Positions 48,292 through 58,869 of a stretch of 64,000 bases of DNA are shown here, in pieces. Origin of the DNA: Giardia intestinalis (Eukaryota). The notes under the pieces are model-generated. The model did not search any database, was not told where the DNA came from, and saw only the letters and a program-made list of their open reading frames with translations. The translations under genes and the position numbers were made by a program. The stretch is from assembly GCA_000002435.2 (NCBI GenBank), contig CM018792.1; one strand, 5' to 3'. Position 1 is the first letter of the stretch. Each line of letters starts with the position of its first letter.

Positions 48292-48411
48292 CTTTGCTGA
48301 CGAGAAAGTGCTTATCATGACATGCATGATTATCTAGTATAGCTGTATCAGCAGTACTGTTAGGTTCTTCTTGTATCATGGAAAGAAGGCGGTTGGTAAA
48401 AAATAATTGTT

Positions 48412-49818
48412 ATGGCCAGTCGTCAGACTCAGTTTGCCTTAGAGAAAATGGTACCAGAGTTCACCGCATACAAGCGGGCTAAGGTGTTCCAGCCAGAGGA
48501 GTTGGTCAAACTCGTTCGTCGGCGAAAGGAATTTGAAGAAAAACTTAATGCAGATCTGCCCCCCTTAAGGCTCTTCCTCCAGTATATTATGCATCTGCAC
48601 TCTACATACAAGCTTGCGGCAGATCGATGGGTACAGCTAGGAAACTCGAAAGAGGAGCTATTTGAGGAGGCCCGGAGTGTTTATGTTAGGGCAAGCGGAG
48701 TAGTGGATCTCGCCATTAGACGTTATAGAGGGAACCCAGAAGCGTGGCAGGCTCTTCTAGAGCTACTTGGACGTATCAAAATGTTGGATAAGCGAGCCAC
48801 TGTTGCTCAGCTTTATCTGCAGACTTTTCCATCAGATGCCGAGCCTTGGATCTTGGCGGCCCATATTGCTGAAGAGACTGAGGGCGTCACTCATGCACGT
48901 AGTATTTACCAGCAGGCAGTCAAGTCGATTGGCTTACTCTCCGGAGTCACACTGAATGGCCGATACCATGGATCGGGACGCTCAGGAATCGCCAACACAG
49001 AAACAAACAAGCGCATTGTTGAGGTTGCTATCCGCAGGAAATTGGATTCTGTTCGAGCAAGTACAGACCCCCAATTGATGCTGTCTCCCTGGAAGCGATA
49101 TTCTTCACTTATCATCAATTGGGCCTGCTTCGAGGTGCGGCATATAGCAGCGTTACGCGGAAAACACAACGAGAAAAACTACCTCTCTGATTACATCATT
49201 GATAAAAGATTTGATGGGTCTCCATATATGCAGAAGATACTTCAAGGGGAATTGGTTGCCATCGTCCTGAGACGAGGAATTATCGCCGCCTTAAGTGTTA
49301 CTAAGCTACCAGGCATACCCGATAGCATTGAATTTGATCTTCTAAGTGCGTATGAGCAGGGGAAAATGCCATACCTAGATCACCCGACAGAGTATAGAGC
49401 GATTTGCTACACGAGTATTGACAGGATATTGAGCTCTCCACTTGTTGAGGCCTTTCTGAAAGATGTGTATGAAGCACTAGAGCCCATTTGTGTGCAGAAC
49501 AAATGGGTGTCTTGGTGGACCGATAGAGTGCTGAATTGGGCTCTGCAGAAGACAGCGGCAACGCTTCAAAGAGCCATTGAAACAGAGGAGCTTTCTGTTT
49601 TGAAGAGGTATCAGGTTGAGACCAGCGCTGTTCATCAGTCTGCGTTTGACTGGTTAAGACATCTTAATAACGATGATTATAGTAACGATCCGCTCAGAAA
49701 TGTAGCTGATTCTATCTCCCTGGAGGACCTTCAGCGTTTGCAGGAGAGGATCAGCACTGCAATGTTAGACTTGACCGAGACACAACACAAAGACCTCGAT
49801 GTACAAAATCTCGAATAG
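48412..49818 (+). CDS. U3 snoRNP protein UTP6-like (HAT-repeat nucleolar rRNA-processing factor)
   Basis: N-terminus FALEKMVPEFTAYKRAKVFQPEELVKLVRRRKEFEEKLNADLPPLRLFLQYIMHL matches the UTP6 N-terminal domain pattern; HAT/TPR-like helical repeats follow. Initiator ggtaaaaaataattgttATG. Confidence 0.55.
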   Translation: MASRQTQFALEKMVPEFTAYKRAKVFQPEELVKLVRRRKEFEEKLNADLPPLRLFLQYIMHLHSTYKLAADRWVQLGNSKEELFEEARSVYVRASGVVDLAIRRYRGNPEAWQALLELLGRIKMLDKRATVAQLYLQTFPSDAEPWILAAHIAEETEGVTHARSIYQQAVKSIGLLSGVTLNGRYHGSGRSGIANTETNKRIVEVAIRRKLDSVRASTDPQLMLSPWKRYSSLIINWACFEVRHIAALRGKHNEKNYLSDYIIDKRFDGSPYMQKILQGELVAIVLRRGIIAALSVTKLPGIPDSIEFDLLSAYEQGKMPYLDHPTEYRAICYTSIDRILSSPLVEAFLKDVYEALEPICVQNKWVSWWTDRVLNWALQKTAATLQRAIETEELSVLKRYQVETSAVHQSAFDWLRHLNNDDYSNDPLRNVADSISLEDLQRLQERISTAMLDLTETQHKDLDVQNLE

Positions 49819-50853
49819 TGTAAAGTAAATCCCTCTGGGTTTAAGGATTTTGTACGCGCCCGTTAAGATATTAGCGGAAAGAAATGCCCACTGCCCTCGG
49901 ACAGGTGGGACTGAGTCATGAGGGCAATGTACGGTGAGGATCCAACAGCAGTATGTTGTTGCCAACAAAAGAAACACAACAGCGGGAGACATAAAATGGG
50001 CATTGACACCCGCCTGGGATGGGAAGTAGAAGAGACAAAGTAGGACTAGGATCATTAGATGTTTCAGGTTCTTATTAGAATGATCTTGGGCTATTGTGAA
50101 TATAAGCTGCGTGAGCACATGTAGCGGGAAGTACCCTAGCAGCGCAGCCCATGGTCCTGCAAATCTCAGTACTGGGTTCTGCGGATAAAATGATAAAATC
50201 ACCTGGTTTAATCCCATCAATGTACCTATACATAATAGGCTTTGGGTTCTTTTTAGACGCTTTGCCAGGAAACCGAGGACGCGCACCAAAAGCATTGTTA
50301 GAAAGGAGTTCCAATATGGACCGTACTCTTCCTTATCAGCGCCTGGAAGATAGAAGCCAATACAAACCCGCACGATCCCTGCAACTAAAAGATATAGTTG
50401 TCCCTTCCAGTATGGACAAGAGCGATTGATAGAGCTCAGTGAATCACTAATTATGAAGTAACCTAGACCTGTATCCATTAAGCTTAACTGGCCTGCTTCC
50501 CAAGTGCTTTTTCTATGTTTTGCTGGAAGAATTCCCGTATCAATCTCATGAATACAGACGGCCGTAAAGCCAAGGGTTGCTAATCTTAATGCTCGTCTAA
50601 AGTTACTGGAAGTAGAGGCGGTTGCAATTTCAGTTCCTGTACAGTGCGATCGAAAGTACCTGGTTACCGCATATAACGCTATACATTCAATGGCTCCCCC
50701 ATAGGAGGAAAGTAGTGTCAGAGTTACAAGAACGCAGAGCCGTCCGCGAGGAGCAACTAGAACGACCATGTATCCAGAGATCACAGTAGTTATTGTGTCA
50801 ACAGTCTTAAGTACCGGTGGAGAAACGTATAACAAGGAACCTACCCACGCCAT
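49765..50853 (-). CDS. Polytopic membrane protein (8 or more predicted TM helices), function unknown
   Basis: Repeated hydrophobic segments throughout. Overlaps the UTP6-like 3' end by 54 nt (convergent). Confidence 0.5.
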   Translation of the reverse strand: MAWVGSLLYVSPPVLKTVDTITTVISGYMVVLVAPRGRLCVLVTLTLLSSYGGAIECIALYAVTRYFRSHCTGTEIATASTSSNFRRALRLATLGFTAVCIHEIDTGILPAKHRKSTWEAGQLSLMDTGLGYFIISDSLSSINRSCPYWKGQLYLLVAGIVRVCIGFYLPGADKEEYGPYWNSFLTMLLVRVLGFLAKRLKRTQSLLCIGTLMGLNQVILSFYPQNPVLRFAGPWAALLGYFPLHVLTQLIFTIAQDHSNKNLKHLMILVLLCLFYFPSQAGVNAHFMSPAVVFLLLATTYCCWILTVHCPHDSVPPVRGQWAFLSANILTGAYKILKPRGIYFTLFEILYIEVFVLCLGQV

Positions 50854-50928
50854 TTCTATTGCTCACTGACTGTAGAGAGCAGACTGTTTAGCCTAGAACC
50901 ATATTATTCAGTAGTCAAGTTCACTCAA

Positions 50929-51855
50929 TCAGGGGGCACCTGACCCCAGGGCGGCCCGCAGGCCCGCGACCTCCCCCCGGAGCCGGGCGACCTCGTCCTC
51001 CAGGGCCTTGAAGCGCAGGGCCGTCGCGACCGCAGGCGCCCCGCCCTCTGCGTCGAGGAGCTCCACGAGGGCCGCGGCGGTGAGGCGGCGCTCCGGCTCC
51101 AGGACGAGGAGGTGGGCGAGGACGCCCCGGACGACGGGGTCCCCGACCGCGCCCAGGTCCGGCCGCCAGCCCGCGACGTAGACCTCCGCGGGGGCCCGCC
51201 CGGAGAGGAACGGGGGCCTGCCGCCCGCCGCGAGCTCGTAGGCGACCATCCCGAGGCTCCACATGTCCGCGGCCGGCGTGTGGCTCCCGCCCCGCAGGAC
51301 CTCCGGCGCGGCGTAGACGGGGACGGCCATGGAGGCGAGCCCCCCGGGGCCCTCCCTGCAGAGCCCGAAGTCGGAGATGGCGAACTCCGCCCCGGCCTCG
51401 TCGAGGAGGACGTTCGCGGGCCGCAGGTCGCAGTGCGTGAGGGCGGGGAGCGGGGCGCCCGCGGCGTCGGTCTTCCCGGGCCGGTGGAGGTAGGCGAGCC
51501 CCGCGCCCACCTGGCGGAGGACGGCGACGACCATCTCGCGCGGGGCGAGCTGCCTTCTGCGGCGGAGGCTCCGGATGGCCCCGTCGAGGGAGCCTGCGTA
51601 GCGCCGCATCTCGACGTAGATGTAGCCCTCGTGCCGGACGACGCGCCCGTACTCGACGACGTTCGGGTGGCGGAGGCGCGGGAGGGTCCGGAGCTCGAGC
51701 TCGAGCGAGGCCTGCGCGTCGGGGGGCAGCCCGTCGGTCGGGATCTCCTTGACCGCCCGGTCGGGGGCGCTCTTCAGGCCGTAGACGGTCCCGTGGGCCC
51801 CGCTCCCGAGCTCTGCGCCCAGGTCTTCGAGGAGGGCGTCGATGGCCTCGGACAT
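50929..51855 (-). CDS. Ser/Thr protein kinase (NEK-like) with C-terminal coiled coil; extremely GC-rich coding sequence
   Basis: LGSGAHGTVYGLKS, AVKEI, HCDLRPANVLLD, DFGLCREG, APEVLRG, WSLGMVAYEL; C-terminal LEDEVARLRGEVAGLRAALG. Initiator gcggattaaaaagATG. Region 50.9-52.1 kb is about 70% GC. Confidence 0.8.
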   Translation of the reverse strand: MSEAIDALLEDLGAELGSGAHGTVYGLKSAPDRAVKEIPTDGLPPDAQASLELELRTLPRLRHPNVVEYGRVVRHEGYIYVEMRRYAGSLDGAIRSLRRRRQLAPREMVVAVLRQVGAGLAYLHRPGKTDAAGAPLPALTHCDLRPANVLLDEAGAEFAISDFGLCREGPGGLASMAVPVYAAPEVLRGGSHTPAADMWSLGMVAYELAAGGRPPFLSGRAPAEVYVAGWRPDLGAVGDPVVRGVLAHLLVLEPERRLTAAALVELLDAEGGAPAVATALRFKALEDEVARLRGEVAGLRAALGSGAP

Positions 51856-52906
51856 CTTTTTAATCCGCGACTGGGCGATTGGGTGGGCTCAATCGCTTGG
51901 GCTCAGATCGGGGCCTGTATAGGTCTACAATGGTCACCGTGGCAGTCGTTGTCTCCCTTCTCATCATAGCGGCCGTCGCCCTCACATGCTGGCTCGTCCT
52001 GCGGAGGCGGCGGGGATCGAAGCCGATCTCGAAGAAGAGGGCAGCGGCCGAGAACGTGGAGCTCATGGGGACGGTGGACGAGTTCTAGCTCTGCGGCTGG
52101 CGGGCCGCAGCTCATAGAGAGTGAATGCTTAGGGCCCGGATCATCCCCTGGACTGACGCCCAGCCCCTTGCAAGCGCCTCCCGGACCGCCAGATCGTGGC
52201 CTGCCCCCAGCGGGTGGGTGCCACCGGCCTCTCAGTGCACAAACCTCAAGCTAGGGTGCAGGTAAGAAGACAACTTTGGTCATCGCGCCTCAGATGACCA
52301 TACTGCTGCCACAGCAGCGAAGCTGAGAGTGTACTAGGTACTATGTTGCCACGTTCCTGGTCGAGAGGCCAGCCGTGATATCCATAGGACCGGACTCTCA
52401 GGGACTGACTAATACTTGATTCAGCCAACGGATTGTATTGGACGTAAAGAGGTAGCGGACATCTACCTTTACGACTCACTATAGATCAAGATACAGGAAC
52501 CCATTGGGCTGATCCTTGGTTTCGCACGTAGCTGACGGTGAAGTACACGATGGATACCGCGACAGTCGAGAAGAGAGAGTATTGCTGTAGATTGTATTGT
52601 GATTGAGATACACAATCAGCAGGGCAAAAATCTGCAAATAAGGAGCACAATATGATACAGAAGTAACAGAGATTGCAGGGAGCAGTACTACTTAAACACC
52701 TTGTAAATGGATTGGACAATATCAGGATTTTCAATTTCAATTCATAGATCCTCGTATGTAATGTTGTGGATTTACTCAAGTTTCCCAAAAACTAGTATCA
52801 GCATCCAATAATATGGTAAAAAGATACACAGCAGTATTATTCAGCACTATTAAGGTCAAAGATTTTCTAATGGATTTATTATTAAGCAAGACAACAATTT
52901 CTCTGA

Positions 52907-54418
52907 ATGCTGGTCTTATTACTTCTCTCCGCCATTTTATCATGTGACATGAATACACCTTTCACTGAGGAGCCCAGCCATGGGATGGGTGTGCGTTTCA
53001 CTCAGCGTGGATTGGAGAAGTTTTGTCAGAAAGGTTATGCTATTATTCCTGATATCATCTCTGCAATGCCTTCACTTCAGGTCCCAGAAGTAACTGTTGG
53101 ACCTCTCAAGTTTACTTTGTCAAATGTCAAACCTCGCGCAGCGCGCGTCTCGACTATGAAGGTTCATTTGCAGGACAACAACTTTGTCAAGATGGAGGCC
53201 CGGGACGGCATCATGCAGATCTCGATGCGGCTTAAAACTACCATCACTGGGATCACCGGGACCGTCGACTGCACCTTCACCCTCAAAGACTTCGGGGCAG
53301 ACATCTCCCTGAGGATCGGAGATGACCCCACCTGTCCCTATCACTTCGGGCTCTTCGAAATATTGAATGTCATATACTCGTCTGGGCTCGACATCGATGC
53401 CATCGGACTCGACACAGGCGGATCTGTCCTTGCAACTGCCATCCAGGGCATGGCGCCCACGTTGGAGACCTTAATAAAGGACACCGTACTGCAGTTCCTC
53501 TTAGATACCATCTTTAAGTCGATAAAACAGTCAATGCTTAATTTGGGCCTTGTTGCTTATGTTGGTAATTATTGCACTGATCAGCGTTATATCGGCGGGA
53601 TCAATATCATCGACAACAAGATAGTGGCAAACCAAGGAGGATATTCTATGATTGAAGATCCAATGGATTGGCCCATCCAAAAAGTCTATCCAAACAAGAT
53701 CACCTCTCCTCCTCCAAAAACAGTCTACACTAATCGAGACTATGAGTTCTATCTTGACAGAGAGTCTTTTAACTCTTACTTATACATCTGGCATACGAAG
53801 TACGACAAGTTCAAGGCAGACGGTCTCACTGTTCCGTACAGCACCATCAGGGCGCAGAACATACCCGGCCTTGCAGAGGCTCTTGTGGAGGCCGGACTAC
53901 TAAACAATGTTAACGACCTTGGACTCGGGGTCACCTTGACTCTGTCGGTCAGCCCCTCCAAGGACACTGCTCCCCACATACCGTGGATCGGGGCGGCTGC
54001 ACTACCGGTCAACCTCACGGGGGCACTCGTTGTGACAGCCAGCAAGGCTTCCACCTCTGCTTCTAAACTGTTGGTTAGTGCAGAAGGCAATGTGCTCTTC
54101 TCTGCTCGACCTCGACTGAGAAAGCACACGTATGGGTTTAACAACGACCAAGCCCGTGCATACTTAGAACTCACTGAGCTAGCTAATATCACCATAACTA
54201 AGGAGGATAGAGGAGCCATGCATGAGTCCGAGCCCCTGCTGAAGTATCTAGTTCTAAACAAGTACCTCCCTTTTGTCAACAGCATTCTCATTGACCCAGG
54301 AGTATGCCTCATGAACGGGAACTTCATTGATCTTGCTAGCGTCACTCCTGTTCAGTTGTGCGACGAGGACAGGGTGCTTTTCGTCGCCGACATTGAGAAG
54401 AATCAGTACTTCACTTGA
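52907..54418 (+). CDS. BPI/LBP/CETP-family (lipid-binding) secreted protein-like
   Basis: Signal peptide MLVLLLLSAILSC. The N-terminal domain GVRFTQRGLEKFCQKGYAIIPDII...SLQVPEV resembles the BPI N-terminus (RISQKGLDYASQQG...). 503 aa, two-domain size. Confidence 0.55.
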   Translation: MLVLLLLSAILSCDMNTPFTEEPSHGMGVRFTQRGLEKFCQKGYAIIPDIISAMPSLQVPEVTVGPLKFTLSNVKPRAARVSTMKVHLQDNNFVKMEARDGIMQISMRLKTTITGITGTVDCTFTLKDFGADISLRIGDDPTCPYHFGLFEILNVIYSSGLDIDAIGLDTGGSVLATAIQGMAPTLETLIKDTVLQFLLDTIFKSIKQSMLNLGLVAYVGNYCTDQRYIGGINIIDNKIVANQGGYSMIEDPMDWPIQKVYPNKITSPPPKTVYTNRDYEFYLDRESFNSYLYIWHTKYDKFKADGLTVPYSTIRAQNIPGLAEALVEAGLLNNVNDLGLGVTLTLSVSPSKDTAPHIPWIGAAALPVNLTGALVVTASKASTSASKLLVSAEGNVLFSARPRLRKHTYGFNNDQARAYLELTELANITITKEDRGAMHESEPLLKYLVLNKYLPFVNSILIDPGVCLMNGNFIDLASVTPVQLCDEDRVLFVADIEKNQYFT

Positions 54419-57400
54419 GTATTCATATTTATCCCATCTGGCACATACACAAGGAACCAAGCTATATCCGCGAACGGCCTCCTTTGAATAAAGAACGCCA
54501 TCTCCGGTTTAGTTTTTAATGTAAACTCTTGTGCAGACTCTCGAGCGTGTGCTGACCACGGCAGCCGGTACCGTTGTCTAGCAGTCTCATACTAGAATGC
54601 AGGGTCATGCATTGTTTCAATAGCAGGTATGAGCAATACCGCACTGAGAACTGCACAGGCCAGAAAGATGATGGTAGCTAGCGAAGATGCTCAGTGTTTA
54701 ATAAGGCCTCGTACTCACAGACCATGGTCCACACCAATACGTGGCTAAGATATACACAGATCGATGACTTCTCAGGAGAGAACTAGACAAACTAGTGAGC
54801 AGGAGCACAGCAGTGTACGGTTAGCATTGCACAAGCAAGGTAGCAGACAACACAATGGAGTCGGTGAGAATGGCGTCTAAAAGGGAGATGGTGCATGCAG
54901 GACCGATACACGAGCGCGCAGGATAGCGCAATCCTTCTAACAAAACTCGAGACGCTTGGGACCGAGCAAGAACTGGAGATGGCCATGCATGAAGTTCAGC
55001 TCCCTTGCGGCTATGGAAGGACAGTAGCATGCTAGTCGTTACATACACGTTCCCAAAGGTTGTGATATCACGATGCATACAACCAGCAGATCAATAGGAT
55101 GGTTTGCTGGACAAAGTGCCTTCCCATCGTATTGAGAACTTCAGTGTGCAGATGAAGCAACGAGGCGCACATCCCCACACTATAGGTGACGGATGGACGA
55201 GACGATATGAGAGCCTGAGGAGAGGCAGCAAATAAGTGCCCGGTGGTATTAGCAATACCATTAGTCTCTATGCCCATAGTAGCGTTCTACAGTGGAAGGA
55301 CCAGATGTTCATGGTACTAACGGGCAGTGGCTCGATGGGTAGATCAGTCGTAGCTTGTAGACTCCTAAGGCTATCCAGGTGGAGCGGTGGGTCAAGGCAA
55401 GGACAACTCCAAGCTGTACTAGAAGGTAGCGCTGGGTACCATTCCAACCCTCGGAGGATGCTTCCAAAACGACTGCACAACTCGACGAGGAGACACGTAG
55501 TCGTGCTAGAAGTTGCTGGTCCAGGCTGGTAGCTCTGGATAAGAAGTTGTCTCCCAGTGTTGTCTGCAGCAATAAGATGGACCTCGAGTGCGCGCACGCT
55601 GCCGCGGACTGTCGCCCTGCCACTCGGAGGGATGCGGTGGACCCGCTCGTGGTAGAAGGCAGCGAGGGCCTACGACGTCCTTCCAGTGGGCGCAGGAGTG
55701 GCCAGCGTCAGCTGTGGGGCCGCTCGAACAGGCTCAGCCCTCGTACCGGCTCCTCCCCGGCCGCTTCATTCACGGTGCCACCGAGAAGACGCGTGCCCTG
55801 ACTCGCGAACCAAGGCGCTGACCATGGAGCAGCGACATGCGGTAAGTAGAGTACAAAAAATCCACAACACCGGCAAGCGATGCACTCGGGCAAAGGTGCC
55901 TCCTGCCTCGGGAGATCATGCATCTAGACACCGATGCTGCTCTTCCGTTGCTGCGGCTCCAGGCTTCCAGATAGTCCGGCCCTTTCCAGTATCACACATC
56001 CTCTTCTATCTGACATGAGACCAGGACTACGGTGCTCTGAGCTCTGAACGTCGCCCTATGGGTGTGGCGGAATTTTACAGCCCTCACTGTCGAGCGGCCT
56101 TACCCATAGGCATCCCCACAGCTCAGGGCCAGCAGGCGTAGGTGGCGCCCTTGCAGTGAGCCCCAGAGAACAGCCAGCGCGGAGTTTGATACGATCCTTA
56201 TCATACCTCGCCAGACCTGGTCGAGAGCGCCCCCATTTTCCATAGAATGGCCCCCAACACAGTCCCAAGGCTGGGCGTAATGGGCAGCCTTTGGATTGCA
56301 GGGCGACACAGTGGATACTAGTGCACCCCGGCGAGACCTTGTGACCTGCTTCAGAGGTTGCAAGAAATGCCCGTCTCTGGCCTACGTTTGTGCTAACGCT
56401 ACGGTTTCAGAACGAAGCGAGGGAAGAACGCCTTGCCAGGCTCCGTGGTAGCCCGTCTGTTTGGGAGACTGCAGATTACTGACTTGTGCGAGGCAACCGG
56501 AGGAGCCTGCTAGGCCAGACTACGAGGACTATGAGAGCCGCGGACATAGCAGCCACACGGCCCCTACCTTCTTTCGGCTTCTCGAATCTCAGTTGGCGCA
56601 TCTGGCTGTGCACGACTCTATTTCCCTTTGTCAGGTGCATGGCGCGAGGGTAGAGCAGCCCAGTCACAGCGTTCAACGCGTCTACTGCTGGATGGGCCCG
56701 AATAGTAGAAGAATGCCTATGGGTGTAATGACAGCGGCGATTCACGGGCAGTCCACGATTGTACGTTCCACAGCCACCGACCGGAGTAGCCTTCGACTGG
56801 GCGTGTCTATACTAAGCCGTGGGCTGCTCTTCGAGGCTCTAGATGCGTTTGATCCCTGCTCATGCATCCTGGCCTTATGCCTGCGGGTCTTTGGCTCGCA
56901 GCTATCTGGGCTTTGTCTACCATGGACCGTTCGCTATGTATCCTTGTTCCTGGAAAGCCCTCTAATGGCTGACAGAACAGGATCACAGGCTCCTGTGTCG
57001 CCGCAGTACGTGTCCGTTTCCTTCACCAGGTGATCGTACTCTCGCAAATGACTCTGCCACCGGCTCTGTCGTCTTGGAAGAGTCTATACTGCAGGACTTC
57101 CCGTGAACTGTTTCTATGCAGATTAGAAATCTTACGTGCTTACCAACGTAGGGATCCAATAACATGGCGCCATGCTCACAGTCCCAGGGTCACCAGACAA
57201 TGGAGCACGGGGCTGAGAAACTCAGATTGCAGCAGTCCAGCTCTTGAGAATCCCTGCATATATTAGGACAGAGTGACTGGGCTAGCACACAGTGACATAT
57301 TGAACCAGCCAGAGAGGCAAACAATCTCCTCTCATGTAAGACCCCTGTATATCTAGGGCGCCCAGACCATCTGAACTCGTAGGCATGCATCCAGTTCAAT

Positions 57401-58869
57401 ATCGGTAATCTAAGCACTGATAGACCGGTTGTGAGGCAGAGCCAGTGCCGACCCCAAGAGCTCAACTGCTCTGAGGCAGCACATTGTAGGCTATAACATT
57501 CTACACACTTCTGCTGATCGACCTCGCGCTCCAGCTGGCGGCAGAGGAGTGCACAGAAGTAGCTGATGGCCGCCACAGCCACTGCACGGGCCTCCAGGGC
57601 AGGGGGTCTCTCTGCCACTGCAATCTGCAGCAGCGTGGGGGCCGCCCCGTGTGCTGCCCCCTCTGCCGTAGCGGGGCTTCAGGCATGCCATCGGGACTGT
57701 CCGACGGTCGCCGGTTGGGCCCTGTGTGACAGCAACAGACGAGAAGACTGTCCCACAACGACATGCCCTCGCTGGAGGACTGTCAGCAGGGCGGGGGAAG
57801 CTGCGGCCCACTGGGCGGGTGAACGATCTCCGTGGGTCCAGGCGCACTTCACTGCGGGTCTGTCGGCTCAGGCTCTGATGGGCGCCGCGATCGCTCTGCC
57901 CGGTCTGGCAGATCACGGGGGACCTGAGGCCGGCCTATTGGGAGGAGGACCGGGACCCTCGCTGATGGTCGAGCAGAGTCACCACAGGGGGGCATGAGCT
58001 CGAGTGAATGAGGGCCCTCTTAGCAGCGCGCATGTCAACCGAGCAAGGAGAATGACATAGCAGACACCAAAGGAGCCATGACCTTCTGAGCCCTCTGAGG
58101 TTTGTACTAGGCTCGCTGGGCTTATCAATCTCAGGCTCTGGTTCGCTCGAGTGAGCACTGCAAGGGTGGGAAGGGAACCTAAATGGAGATAAGCCTCCAC
58201 AAGTGGCGGACAGAGTATCTGTGATCGACACTTGCCACTGATGCTGTCTGGCAACTTGGCTTCGAGAGGCCCATTGAGTAGGCACTCCAGGCAGTAACAA
58301 CGCAGTCAGCTAGCCACTGCTCTAGACTGCTCCTGGAGACCTGCAGCGAGGAAAGGCGAAGTCCCTAGAGCTTACCGATGCAGTGCCAGAGCTTATGCTC
58401 TTCTTCGATGATCTGCTGAGGCTATCTCAACGGCTCCAAGATTATGGAGAGGGAAGCTTGATAGTAGGAATTCATAATCAGTGCTGCTCAGGACCCAGTA
58501 AGCCCTCCTCTCCAGTCATGGCGAGCTGCCGGGCCCTGGGAACGTCAGATGGCCTTGCCGATGTGCATGGGCGGTGGGTAAGAGTTCCTCAAATGTCTAC
58601 GGTTCACCGGAGCTGTTTTACTACAGGCTGTCAGGCTTCTTCCATGACATCACAGGGTTTTTGAAGCAGAGGCCCGGCAGAAAGAAGGTGGTGATAAGAT
58701 AGCCAGGTCTCCAGCAGTGCAACAGAGAAGACCCTTGCTCTATTAACCACGACTCGCTTCTGTTTCTGGACACAATCGAGCATTGACTGAAGTTACTCAC
58801 GGGATCCTTGGGGTGTGCTCGTAGGCAAGGGTCCTAGCAGCACAACGCTGAAGATGACTGGTAGACGGA

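Noticed and set aside
51112-51969. 285-aa plus-strand ORF antisense to the GC-rich kinase
   Set aside because: GC-rich DNA is depleted of stop codons in all frames. The product is Gly/Pro/Arg/Asp low-complexity with no domain, and the opposite strand encodes a canonical kinase.
55838-55845. GTAAGT (5' splice-site-like) after atgcg at about 55838
   Set aside because: There is no matching Giardia-type 3' element (A/C-CTRACACACAG) downstream and no flanking exon-like ORFs. Hexamer matches are expected by chance.
56461-57033. 190-aa plus-strand ORF in the gene-poor GC-rich region
   Set aside because: No AT-rich initiator, no polyA signal nearby, and low-complexity Arg/Ser/Leu composition. It is kept only as part of the 'unexplained region' finding.
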